This document shows, in pieces, positions 53,878 to 61,893 of a stretch of 64,000 nucleotides of DNA (its first letter is position 1; each line of letters opens with the position of its first letter). This stretch comes from Actinomycetota bacterium (lineage in GTDB: Bacteria > Actinomycetota > UBA4738 > HRBIN12), in contig DATFFT010000003.1 in NCBI GenBank assembly GCA_035249905.1, positions 2,756 to 66,755 of the forward strand, written 5' to 3'. A model generated the notes under the pieces. It was not told the DNA's origin. It made no database searches and worked only from the letters and a program-made list of their open reading frames with translations. The translations under genes and the position numbers were made by a program.

Positions 53878-55064
53878 TGAACGAGCCACGCAACGTCAAA
53901 GACCTGCTGGTGCAGCTCAAGGACGCCTCGGAGCTCATGGTCGACCTCGCCTACGCGGCGGTGTTCTTCAACGAGGACAAGCTCGCTCGGGAGGTGTCCC
54001 GGCTCGAGTCGCGCATGTCCGAGGATCTCCGTGAACTGCGCGCCACCGCGATGCTCGCTGCACGCAGCCCCGAGGACGCCGAGGGCATGGCCGGCGTGTT
54101 GTGGATCGCCGACTCCATCGAGCAGATCGGCGACGCCGCCTCCGATATCGCCCGAGTGGTGGCGGCGCGGCTGGGCATCCCCGACGAGTTGAAGCCCGAC
54201 CTCCGGCATGCGGACGAGATCACCGCGCGCGTGAAGGTGCGGGAGGGCGGAGGTGTCGTCGGGCGGACCCTTCGCGACCTCTCGCTCCCGACCGAGACGG
54301 GCATGTGGATCGTGGCGTTCCGATCGGGCCTCGACTGGCGATTCGATCCCGGACCCGACGACGTGATCTCCGCGGGCGACGTGCTCGTCGTGCGCGGGCC
54401 CGACGAGGGGGTCAACGAGCTCCGCGTGCTGGCGGGGGCCCCGCCGCTGCCGCCGCCGCCCGAGGGCGACGCACCAGCGCTGTCGGAGCTCGACCGTGCC
54501 GTCGACATCCTGGTCGAGATGAAGGACCTCGCCGAGGCCGCGGTGGGCATGGCTTACTCGTCCCTGCTGTTCAACAACCGCTCACTGGCCGCGGAGGTCG
54601 GGGCGCTCGAGGCGCGCAGCGACCAGCTCCGCGACGAGCTGGAGTCGTGGGTGCTTCGAGCGGCCCCCGAAGCGCGCGACCCCGACGAGCTGCGTGGGCT
54701 GATCCGGCTGGCGGGGGCCAGCGAGGCGATGTGCGACGCGGCGCGCGACATGACCTGGTACGTCGAGCGCGGCGAGGCGTTGCCGCCCGTCGTGCAGATG
54801 GCCCTCGAGGAGACCGAGGAGACGAGCGCCCAGACGATCGTGCAACCAGGTTCCCTCGCCAGCGGACGATCGCTCAGGGAGCTCCGCCTCGAGGCCGAAA
54901 CCGGCATGTTCGTGCTCGCCGTGCAGCGCGGCGCCCGTTGGATCTACCGGCCCAGACCGGGGTTCGTGCTCCTCGAGGGCGATCGCTTGATCTCGGTCGG
55001 GCCGGAAGACGGCGAGGAAGAGCTCTGGGCCCTCACCGGCATGCCGGTCGCCGTCGAGGGGTGA
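53877..55064 (+). CDS. soluble regulator with two PhoU-like plus TrkA-C (RCK C-terminal) repeats
   Basis: The ATG overlaps the upstream TGA (TGATG). Repeats LVQLKDASELMVDLAYAAV...IEQIGDAASDIA plus TLRDLSLPTETGMWIVAF, and again LVEMKDLAEAAVGMAYSS plus SLRELRLEAETGMFVLAV. Confidence 0.8.
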   Translation: MNEPRNVKDLLVQLKDASELMVDLAYAAVFFNEDKLAREVSRLESRMSEDLRELRATAMLAARSPEDAEGMAGVLWIADSIEQIGDAASDIARVVAARLGIPDELKPDLRHADEITARVKVREGGGVVGRTLRDLSLPTETGMWIVAFRSGLDWRFDPGPDDVISAGDVLVVRGPDEGVNELRVLAGAPPLPPPPEGDAPALSELDRAVDILVEMKDLAEAAVGMAYSSLLFNNRSLAAEVGALEARSDQLRDELESWVLRAAPEARDPDELRGLIRLAGASEAMCDAARDMTWYVERGEALPPVVQMALEETEETSAQTIVQPGSLASGRSLRELRLEAETGMFVLAVQRGARWIYRPRPGFVLLEGDRLISVGPEDGEEELWALTGMPVAVEG

Positions 55065-55069
55065 GCGGC

Positions 55070-55618
55070 ATGGACGCGTACGTCTACCTGAGGGTCGGGC
55101 CCGGAAGGATGACCGATGTGATGGCGGGGCTCGCCTCGATCTCGCAGATGCAGGCGGTGACCGTGGTGGGCGCCTGGGACGTTCTCCTGCACGCCGAGGG
55201 CCCCGACCTCGCGACGATCGCGACCCACGTGATCTCCGACGTCCACCAGGTCCCCGGCGTCGTCCGCACGTACACCGCGCCCGTCGTCCCCCCCGATCGG
55301 GTCGGTATCCCCGGATGGGGAGCCCCGGATCCGCCGGCCATCGTCGGGGACGCGTGCTACGTGCACATCAAGGCCGACGCGGGGGCCGCGGCCGGCATCG
55401 CCGAGCGACTGGGCGAGATGAGCGACGTCTCGGGCGTGGCCGTGCTGGGCGGCGCGTACGACTTGATGGCATGCGTCGCCCAACCGTGGGAGGTTGCGAG
55501 CGGCACGATCCTCGAGCGGATCCATCCCCTACCCGGCATCGTCTCGACCGACACGCTCGTCTCGCTCGTGTACGAGGAGCCAGCGGAGGATCGCGACCAG
55601 TTCTCCGCCTGGACCTAA
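55070..55618 (+). CDS. tandem Lrp/AsnC-type ligand-binding (RAM) domain protein without an HTH
   Basis: Two repeats: [10 protein letters not shown]...[15 protein letters not shown]...VPGVVRTYT and [10 protein letters not shown]...[15 protein letters not shown]...LPGIVSTDT. Confidence 0.65.
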   Translation: MDAYVYLRVGPGRMTDVMAGLASISQMQAVTVVGAWDVLLHAEGPDLATIATHVISDVHQVPGVVRTYTAPVVPPDRVGIPGWGAPDPPAIVGDACYVHIKADAGAAAGIAERLGEMSDVSGVAVLGGAYDLMACVAQPWEVASGTILERIHPLPGIVSTDTLVSLVYEEPAEDRDQFSAWT

Positions 55619-56565
55619 GGTCCGGGGGCCTGCCGCACCCCTGCCGGCAAGGAGAACCGGACCCGCTCCTCGGTCAGGGAGACCTCCTCGACGGTCGCGA
55701 ACCCGCGCTCCGCGAGCCACCCGAGCATCCGGTGCACGAGCCACTCCGGGGCCGAGGCTCCCGAAGTCAGCCCGACCGTCCCGGCCCGCGCCAGCCACGC
55801 GTCGTCGACGTCGCTCTGGTCGTCGACGAGGTACGCGGGGGTGCCGAGCTCGCGAGAGAGCTCGGCGAGGCGATTCGAGTTCGACGAGTTCGACGACCCG
55901 ATCACGAGCACGACGTCGGCGCGCGGTGCGATCGCTCGCACGGCATCCTGGCGGTTCTGCGTCGCATAGCAGATGTCGTCGCGGGGAGGGCCCTGGATCG
56001 ACGGGAACCGCTCCTCGAGGATGCGCACGATCTCGTTCGTCTCGTCGACCGAGAGGGTCGTCTGGGTGAGATAGGAGAGGTTCTGCGGATCGGGCACCTG
56101 GACCGTGCGTGCCTGATCGGGGGACTGCACCAGGATCGTGCGGTCGGGCGCCTGACCGCTCGTCCCCTCGACCTCCTCGTGGCCCTCGTGGCCGATCAAC
56201 ACGATCGTCCGGCCACGGTCGGCGAACCGCCGGGCCTCGACATGCACCTTCGTCACCAGCGGGCACGTGGCGTCGATCACGTCGAGGTTCCTCGTGCCGG
56301 CATTCTCGTAGACCCAGGGGGCCACGCCGTGGGCGGAGAGCACCACCACCGCACCCTCAGGCACCTCGGTCTCCTGGTCGACGAAGATCGCCCCTTTCGA
56401 CTCGAGGTCGCGCACGACGTGCAGGTTGTGGACGATCTGTTTGCGCACGTAGACGGGTGACCCGTGCTTGGCGAGGGCTCGCTCGACGGCATCGACGGCG
56501 CGCTCGACTCCCGCGCAGTAGCCGCGGGGAGCGGCGAGCAGCACCGTGCCGGCGGTTCGAGCCAT
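55615..56565 (-). CDS. ispH: 4-hydroxy-3-methylbut-2-enyl diphosphate reductase
   Basis: Motifs [34 protein letters not shown] and [10 protein letters not shown]. Confidence 0.95.
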   Translation of the reverse strand: MARTAGTVLLAAPRGYCAGVERAVDAVERALAKHGSPVYVRKQIVHNLHVVRDLESKGAIFVDQETEVPEGAVVVLSAHGVAPWVYENAGTRNLDVIDATCPLVTKVHVEARRFADRGRTIVLIGHEGHEEVEGTSGQAPDRTILVQSPDQARTVQVPDPQNLSYLTQTTLSVDETNEIVRILEERFPSIQGPPRDDICYATQNRQDAVRAIAPRADVVLVIGSSNSSNSNRLAELSRELGTPAYLVDDQSDVDDAWLARAGTVGLTSGASAPEWLVHRMLGWLAERGFATVEEVSLTEERVRFSLPAGVRQAPGP

Positions 56566-56830
56566 GCGGACATGGTAGGCGCAGGAAGTCCTGACCCGCG
56601 GTCACCTTCGCCTTGCCGCGTGTCCGACCCCACTCGTAGGGTGATCGGGCACGACGCGGATGGTTCCCGTCCGCTCCTCCCCGGCGCACGTTGCGCTCAC
56701 CACCTTCCCAGGGTCGGTTCGCGCTGCCTGCATGCGTCCGGGGGCGGGGTCGGGGACATCGCGTGGCGCGATAGGTCACACACAGAATGAGATGTCGACC
56801 ACGGGAGGTGATGTCCACACCCACGACCTA

Positions 56831-56914
56831 CCGCGGGGCGATCGGCGTCGCCGGTGAAGAGCTCACCGCACAGCCGAACGACCTGAGCGCAGCCGCCAGC
56901 TTCGTTCACCGCGG
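56831..56914 (+). promoter_or_regulatory. candidate structured 5' leader element (possible riboswitch or translational control) before the transglycosylase gene
   Basis: CCGCGG (56831-36) can pair with CCGCGG (56909-14). This encloses two 5-bp hairpins: GGCGA/TCGCC (56837-52) and GGTGA/TCACC (56853-67). The 3' arm abuts the GGGGG Shine-Dalgarno sequence. There is only loose similarity to ydaO blocks (ACGGGAGG, GGGGCGAUC, CCGAAC, CCGCCAGCU). Confidence 0.25.
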
Positions 56915-56928
56915 GGGTGATCCGATCT

Positions 56929-57372
56929 ATGACGCATCGAAACACGAAGCGTGGCCGCTTCCCGGCCACGTTGGTTCTGACCTCGGTCCTGTTGGCCGCA
57001 CCCGCCGCATCACTCGCCGGGGCGGCCCACGCCCGCGAGATCGGCGTCTCCCCCGATGTCTGCAGGATCGACTGGCGCAAAGGCTCGTGGCACGTGAGAC
57101 AGCTCGTCCGATGCGCCGCGAACCGATGGAACGTTCCAGGTGGAGCGAGGATGGCGCTGTACATCGCGGACCGCGAATCGAACTTCGAGCCGCGCGCCTA
57201 CAACAGCTACAGCGGAGCGAGCGGTGTCTTCCAGCACCTGAGCCGCTACTGGGGCGGACGGGCCGACGCCTTCGGCTTCGACGGATGGTCGGCGTTCAAC
57301 GCCCGCGCCAACATCATGGTGACCATGCGCATGGTCCACCGCATCGGAAGCTGGAGCCCGTGGGGCCACTGA
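56929..57372 (+). CDS. secreted transglycosylase-like (Rpf/SLT lysozyme-fold) protein
   Basis: ORF 56917..57372, ATG at 56929 after GGGGGTGA. Signal peptide RFPATLVLTSVLLAAPAASLAGAAHA. Motifs ADRESNFEP and GVFQ, and the C-terminal GSWSPWG. Confidence 0.7.
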   Translation: MTHRNTKRGRFPATLVLTSVLLAAPAASLAGAAHAREIGVSPDVCRIDWRKGSWHVRQLVRCAANRWNVPGGARMALYIADRESNFEPRAYNSYSGASGVFQHLSRYWGGRADAFGFDGWSAFNARANIMVTMRMVHRIGSWSPWGH

Positions 57373-57385
57373 GTCCCGCGCCGCT

Positions 57386-57730
57386 CTAGGCGCCGACCGG
57401 ACCGCCCGGGCGAGGCAGCCCGAGCACGAGGCCGCGCACCTCGTCGATCGAGGTGGCCACCGCGGTGGCTCCGGGCGTGTCCCGGTCCGTCACGATCCGC
57501 ATCGAGGGGAGCCGCTCCCGGGCGGCGCTGACCAGTCGTCCCTGCTCCCCGAACGCCACGAGCACGTGTGGGCGCTCCTCGTCGATCTGAGCGAGAGCCG
57601 AATGCAGGTCCGTCGCGCCCGGGGCGAGCTCCCACTCGGCCGAGACGGTTGCGGCCTTCAGCATGGTGAGACCATCGCGATCGGCGGCCACACAGAGCAC
57701 GATCAATGCCCGGCACACGGCTAGAGCCAT
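57386..57730 (-). CDS. hypothetical small protein translationally coupled to corA
   Basis: ATG at 57730 overlaps the corA stop (ATGGCTCTAG). The 114-aa sequence has balanced composition (ALIVLCVAADRDGLTMLKAAT...HVLVAFGEQGRLV), with a flavodoxin/receiver-like alternation but no acidic pocket. Confidence 0.45.
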   Translation of the reverse strand: MALAVCRALIVLCVAADRDGLTMLKAATVSAEWELAPGATDLHSALAQIDEERPHVLVAFGEQGRLVSAARERLPSMRIVTDRDTPGATAVATSIDEVRGLVLGLPRPGGPVGA

Positions 57731-58689
57731 CCTCGCCGCTTGAAGCCCACGTAGAGCCCGAACGCCGAGGCCGCCATGATGCCGAGCGACAACGGGTACC
57801 CCCACTGCCAGCGGAGCTCGGGCATGCCCCTGAAGTTCATCCCGTAGATCCCGGCGATCAGCGTGGGGACGAGCACGATCCCCGCCCAAGCGGTCATCCG
57901 CTTCATCGCCTCGTTCAATCGGTTGGACGACTGGGCGACCAGCACCTCGAGCAGCGACGTCACCAGTTCGCGGACGTTGTCGGCGAGCTCCACGACGCGG
58001 ATCGCGTGGTCCATGACGTCGCGGTAGTAGGGGGCGATGTGCGGTGAGGTGAAGCGCGGGTCCTCGTGCAGCACGTCGAGGACCTGGCGGATCGGCACGG
58101 CCGAACGCCTGAGCTCCGCGGTGGTCCGCTTCAGCCGGAAGAGGCGTTCCTGGAGGTCGGAGGCGCCGTCGCCGTCAGGCTCGAAGACGATCTCCTCGAG
58201 GGCATCCGCCTCCTCTTCGGTCGCATCGATCACCGAGAGGAAGCCGTCGACGATCTCATCGATCAGCGTGTAGAGGCCGAACCCCACCCCCCGGAGGTCG
58301 GTCCGTCGGGTCCAGCGAGCCTGCACGTCCTCCATCGGAAAGGCGGGCGGCCAGCGCATCGTCACCAAGAAACCGTCGCCCGCGATCACGTGGACCTCGT
58401 GCTGGGTGATCGTGGTGGGAACCGCACCGTCGATCGTCACGGGCCGGGCCACCAGGAACACGTAGTCGTCGAAGACCTCGATCTTCGTCCGTTGACGGCC
58501 GTGGATCGCGTCCTCGAGCGTGATGGGGTGCAGGTGCAGGGCGCGCTGCAGCTCCTCGAGGTCGGCGGGGGCGGGATCGAGGACGTCGAGCCAGAGGAAC
58601 GTGTCCGTGCCGCCTTCGAACTCCTCCAGGGCGAGATCGAACGGGTCGCCGTTGGCTCGCCCGGGACCGTAGATGAGGCCGGAGATCAC
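57721..58689 (-). CDS. corA: CorA family magnesium/cobalt transporter
   Basis: YGMNF signature, two C-terminal TM helices, 322 aa. Confidence 0.9.
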   Translation of the reverse strand: MISGLIYGPGRANGDPFDLALEEFEGGTDTFLWLDVLDPAPADLEELQRALHLHPITLEDAIHGRQRTKIEVFDDYVFLVARPVTIDGAVPTTITQHEVHVIAGDGFLVTMRWPPAFPMEDVQARWTRRTDLRGVGFGLYTLIDEIVDGFLSVIDATEEEADALEEIVFEPDGDGASDLQERLFRLKRTTAELRRSAVPIRQVLDVLHEDPRFTSPHIAPYYRDVMDHAIRVVELADNVRELVTSLLEVLVAQSSNRLNEAMKRMTAWAGIVLVPTLIAGIYGMNFRGMPELRWQWGYPLSLGIMAASAFGLYVGFKRRGWL

Positions 58690-58712
58690 GGCCCGCAGCC
58701 TACCCCGCCCGC

Positions 58713-59570
58713 GTGGCTACACTCGCCTCGGTGTCAGGGTGCTCACGCGTGCCGGCCGAGCAAGTCGTCCCGGATCATGTCCTGCGATTCTGGCCTGCCC
58801 TCGACCGGCTGTTCGCTCGCGTCCTGCCCACTCGATGGGGTGCCGTCGTCACCGACGGACGGTTCCCCGCCGTCTGGGACGCGAACTACGCTCGGATCGA
58901 CGCGCCGACGAACGACCTGACGCTCTCGGAGGTCGAGGCGTCACTGCTTCCGGAGCTCCGTTCGGCACGAGCCCCGGTGGAGCATCTGGTCTCGTTCCGC
59001 CCGGACGTGACCGCACCGCTGTTCCGGGATCTCGAGGCACGGCGGCACCGGATCACCTGGGACCTCGCGATGGACCTCGAGGCAGATCCACCCCTCGGCG
59101 ATGACCGGCCGGCCGAGGACCTCTCGCCCGGTCCTGAGCTCTGGAGCGCGGTGGCCGCATCACTCCGGCTGTTCGGCGTCGACGGGCACGAGGCGCGGCG
59201 GCAGCTCGCGAGGATCGAGCGCGAGGTGCTCACGGTCGCAGGCAAGCGATGGTTCGGCGTGCGAGACGTCGACGGCTCGATCGTGTCGCTCGGTGCCCTG
59301 CTCCTCCTCGGAGACGTCGGCTACATCGACAACGTGGCCACGTTCGAACACGCGCGCGGCCGTGGTCACGCGAGCGCCGTCACGTCACGCGCGATCCGGG
59401 CAGCGAAGGAAGCCGGAGCCGCGCACGTCTGCCTGCTCGCCGATCCCGACGAGACCGGTGTGATCGCGATGTACGAACGCCTGGGGTTCCGCGGCGTCGG
59501 CCGGCTCGTCGCCTCGAGGGGCCCTGTTCCAGGTCGGGATCACGGTGCCGAGGGAGGCAGCCCGAGGTAA
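58713..59570 (+). CDS. GNAT family N-acetyltransferase
   Basis: Acetyl-CoA motif YIDNVATFEHARGRGHASAV and MYERLGF. There are several in-frame GTG candidates, so the start is approximate. Confidence 0.7.
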   Translation: MATLASVSGCSRVPAEQVVPDHVLRFWPALDRLFARVLPTRWGAVVTDGRFPAVWDANYARIDAPTNDLTLSEVEASLLPELRSARAPVEHLVSFRPDVTAPLFRDLEARRHRITWDLAMDLEADPPLGDDRPAEDLSPGPELWSAVAASLRLFGVDGHEARRQLARIEREVLTVAGKRWFGVRDVDGSIVSLGALLLLGDVGYIDNVATFEHARGRGHASAVTSRAIRAAKEAGAAHVCLLADPDETGVIAMYERLGFRGVGRLVASRGPVPGRDHGAEGGSPR

Positions 59571-60403
59571 CGCGCCGAGGTGAACAGCCCTCCGTCGCGC
59601 TCGAGCATCCAGGTGGAGCCCTTCTTCCAGATGGGGGGGTCGAGCATGTCGACGCCGTGTTCTGCGAGTGCCCGTACGACGGCTGGGACGACGTCGCCGT
59701 GGCTGCACATCACGACGGCGCCGCCGCGGGAGCGGACCAACGACAGCGCGTCGGCGGTCGGCGTCCCCTCGGCCAGGGCATCGTGCTCCTCCAGCGGCAC
59801 CGAGCGAGCGATCGCGAGCGGCCGCACCGTCTGCACGCACCTGACATAAGGACTCGAGAGCACGAGGTCGACCGGCAGCTGGCGGAACACCATGACGAGC
59901 CCCTCCGCCTGCGCACGCCCCTTCCTCGTGACCGGCCTCAGCACATCGTCCTCGGACCATGCCTCCCGATCGCCCGCCTTGGCGTGACGAACGAGGTACA
60001 CCGGCCGATCGAACGAGCGGGCGTCGGCCAGAACGTTCTTGTCGTGTCCGTAGGTGAGCAGCGCCGCCGCGCTGTCCGCATCGAGCCAGCGGAGATCGTC
60101 GACCTCGTCGTTCGGTGCGAAGGCCCCGCCCACCGGGTACATCAGCCAGTAGCGAACGGTCTTGGGGCGTCCTCGACGATCGGCGTACCGGACCGAGACG
60201 ACCTCGGGCCCCCGTTCACAGACGAACCCGGTCTCCTCACGCACCTCCCGCTCGGCGCTGACCTCGTCGGACTCGCCGTCCTCGGCCTTTCCCTTGGGGA
60301 ACGTCCAGTCGTCGTAGCGCGCCCGATGGACCAGCGCGAACTCCGGGCCGTGACGGCCGGCACGGCGAACGACCCCGCCCGCCGCTCGGACCTCGGTCTT
60401 CAC
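59540..60403 (-). CDS. Nudix hydrolase fused to a histidine phosphatase domain (MutT1-like)
   Basis: GTG at 60403 in a GTGA overlap. Nudix box GKAEDGESDEVSAEREVREETGF, then VYLVRHAKAG and CSHGDV from the histidine phosphatase superfamily. Confidence 0.85.
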   Translation of the reverse strand: MKTEVRAAGGVVRRAGRHGPEFALVHRARYDDWTFPKGKAEDGESDEVSAEREVREETGFVCERGPEVVSVRYADRRGRPKTVRYWLMYPVGGAFAPNDEVDDLRWLDADSAAALLTYGHDKNVLADARSFDRPVYLVRHAKAGDREAWSEDDVLRPVTRKGRAQAEGLVMVFRQLPVDLVLSSPYVRCVQTVRPLAIARSVPLEEHDALAEGTPTADALSLVRSRGGAVVMCSHGDVVPAVVRALAEHGVDMLDPPIWKKGSTWMLERDGGLFTSARYLGLPPSAP

Positions 60404-61893
60404 TCCCAGAACCTCAGGCCTCGTCGCTGCAGGTCGGCCCAGGCGGCGGGCCAAGCCCGTCGTGCATCCTCGCGAGCCCCCGCATCGAACCCGGCGAGCC
60501 TGCCCGAGGTGAAGGCCACGCGGGGCGTGACACCCCCCGCTTGCTCCCGGAGCCAGGCGATCGCCATCACCGCATCCTGATGGGTCCCGAGCACCTGCTG
60601 CAACGCCTCCGCCCGGCGGGCGAATCGCCGGGCGGGCCTCCCGAAGACGGGCGTGAGAGCCTCCGCCGCGTACCGAACCCGTTTGGACCTGATCCGTGCC
60701 TCGTGCAGCTCGGCGTCGGTCGAATGCGGGCCCAGGCCCTCGCACACGGCCGCCAGCCGGTTCCAAGGTTCCTGCATGACCGCACCCATCACCTCGACGG
60801 CCGGGGCGCCGGCGACCTCGCGGAGCACGCGCGGCGCGGCCGCGGCATCGACCAGCGCGTCGAGCAACTCGACGTACCGAGACGCACGCATCGCGGACAG
60901 GAGCTCGACCCTGACCGCGTCGCGGCGGACCCGAAGCCGATCGAGCACGGTGGCCACGTTCGCCGCATCGTCGTCGGGGAGCAGCAACGCGGACTTCCTG
61001 AGCCGCTCACCCAGCACGTCGAGATCGCGCACCGGCCCGAGCTCGCCCCCGAGCCATCCGAGCTCGGACCGCAGCGCGTCGTGCCAGCCTCGGACGAGGA
61101 GCGACCGGAACGTCCGCAGATCGGATCGGAGCCGACGCGTCGCAACCCGGACCTGGTGCACTCCCTCGGGGTCGGTGCCGACGCGGACGTCGGCGTCGTG
61201 GGTGATCAGGCGGATCGTCGAGGTCGCGAGGGTAGCCCGCACCACGTCCTCGACCGACGACGACGGCCCGATCGAGGGCACGACGACGTCGGGTGGGGCG
61301 GACGCCCGATCCCCCAGTGCCCGGACGACCTTGGGGACGGGATCGGCCGCGCGGGCTCCACCCTCGATCAGCACGCCGAGCACCGGTTCCAACATGGAGC
61401 TTTCGACCGGATCGCACAGCTCTGCCTCGACCTCCCTGAACCGCCCCACGGTGCGTCGGCCGTCGAGCACCGAGACGTCGTCATCGACGATCTCGGCGAC
61501 CATCCGTTCGTCGGGCAACCGCACGACCTTCGTGCGCCGCCGCACCGTTCGGAGCCTGGCGACCGGCCCGAGGATCCCTCCGCGCACGAACCCGCGTACG
61601 AGGTCGACGGCGTCGGCGGGCGCCCGGGAGGGGCCACCCTCGAAGACATGCTCCTGTCGCTCGATCACCGAACCCTTGACCGACCGCGGCAGCTTCACGG
61701 TCCAGCCCTCCGCCGCCCTGTACCGGAACGACGCCCCCCACCTGACGAGGCGCAGGTCCTCGGTGTCGTGATAGATGCTGACGAAGCGCTGAGCGTCTTC
61801 GGGTTCCTCCCGGAACGACAACTGCGCCGAGGCCGCGTCGCGCAGGCGGAATCCCGGCTCGACCGAGAGCTTGGCCTCGCGCTCGAGCCTCAC
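60400..61893 (-). CDS. CYTH (triphosphate tunnel metalloenzyme) plus CHAD domain protein
   Basis: GTG at 61893 in a GTGA overlap with ppk. ExExK start VRLEREAKLSV. CHAD helices VHQVRVATRRLRSDLRTF and IRSKRVRYAAEAL. Confidence 0.85.
   Translation of the reverse strand: MRLEREAKLSVEPGFRLRDAASAQLSFREEPEDAQRFVSIYHDTEDLRLVRWGASFRYRAAEGWTVKLPRSVKGSVIERQEHVFEGGPSRAPADAVDLVRGFVRGGILGPVARLRTVRRRTKVVRLPDERMVAEIVDDDVSVLDGRRTVGRFREVEAELCDPVESSMLEPVLGVLIEGGARAADPVPKVVRALGDRASAPPDVVVPSIGPSSSVEDVVRATLATSTIRLITHDADVRVGTDPEGVHQVRVATRRLRSDLRTFRSLLVRGWHDALRSELGWLGGELGPVRDLDVLGERLRKSALLLPDDDAANVATVLDRLRVRRDAVRVELLSAMRASRYVELLDALVDAAAAPRVLREVAGAPAVEVMGAVMQEPWNRLAAVCEGLGPHSTDAELHEARIRSKRVRYAAEALTPVFGRPARRFARRAEALQQVLGTHQDAVMAIAWLREQAGGVTPRVAFTSGRLAGFDAGAREDARRAWPAAWADLQRRGLRFWE

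Noticed and set aside
56739-56755. A G-run cluster GGGGGCGGGGTCGGGG, considered as a possible G-quadruplex in the ispH/transglycosylase intergenic region
   Set aside because: Only three closely spaced G-tracts are present. A fourth would need a ~27-nt loop. Such runs are expected by chance at this GC content.
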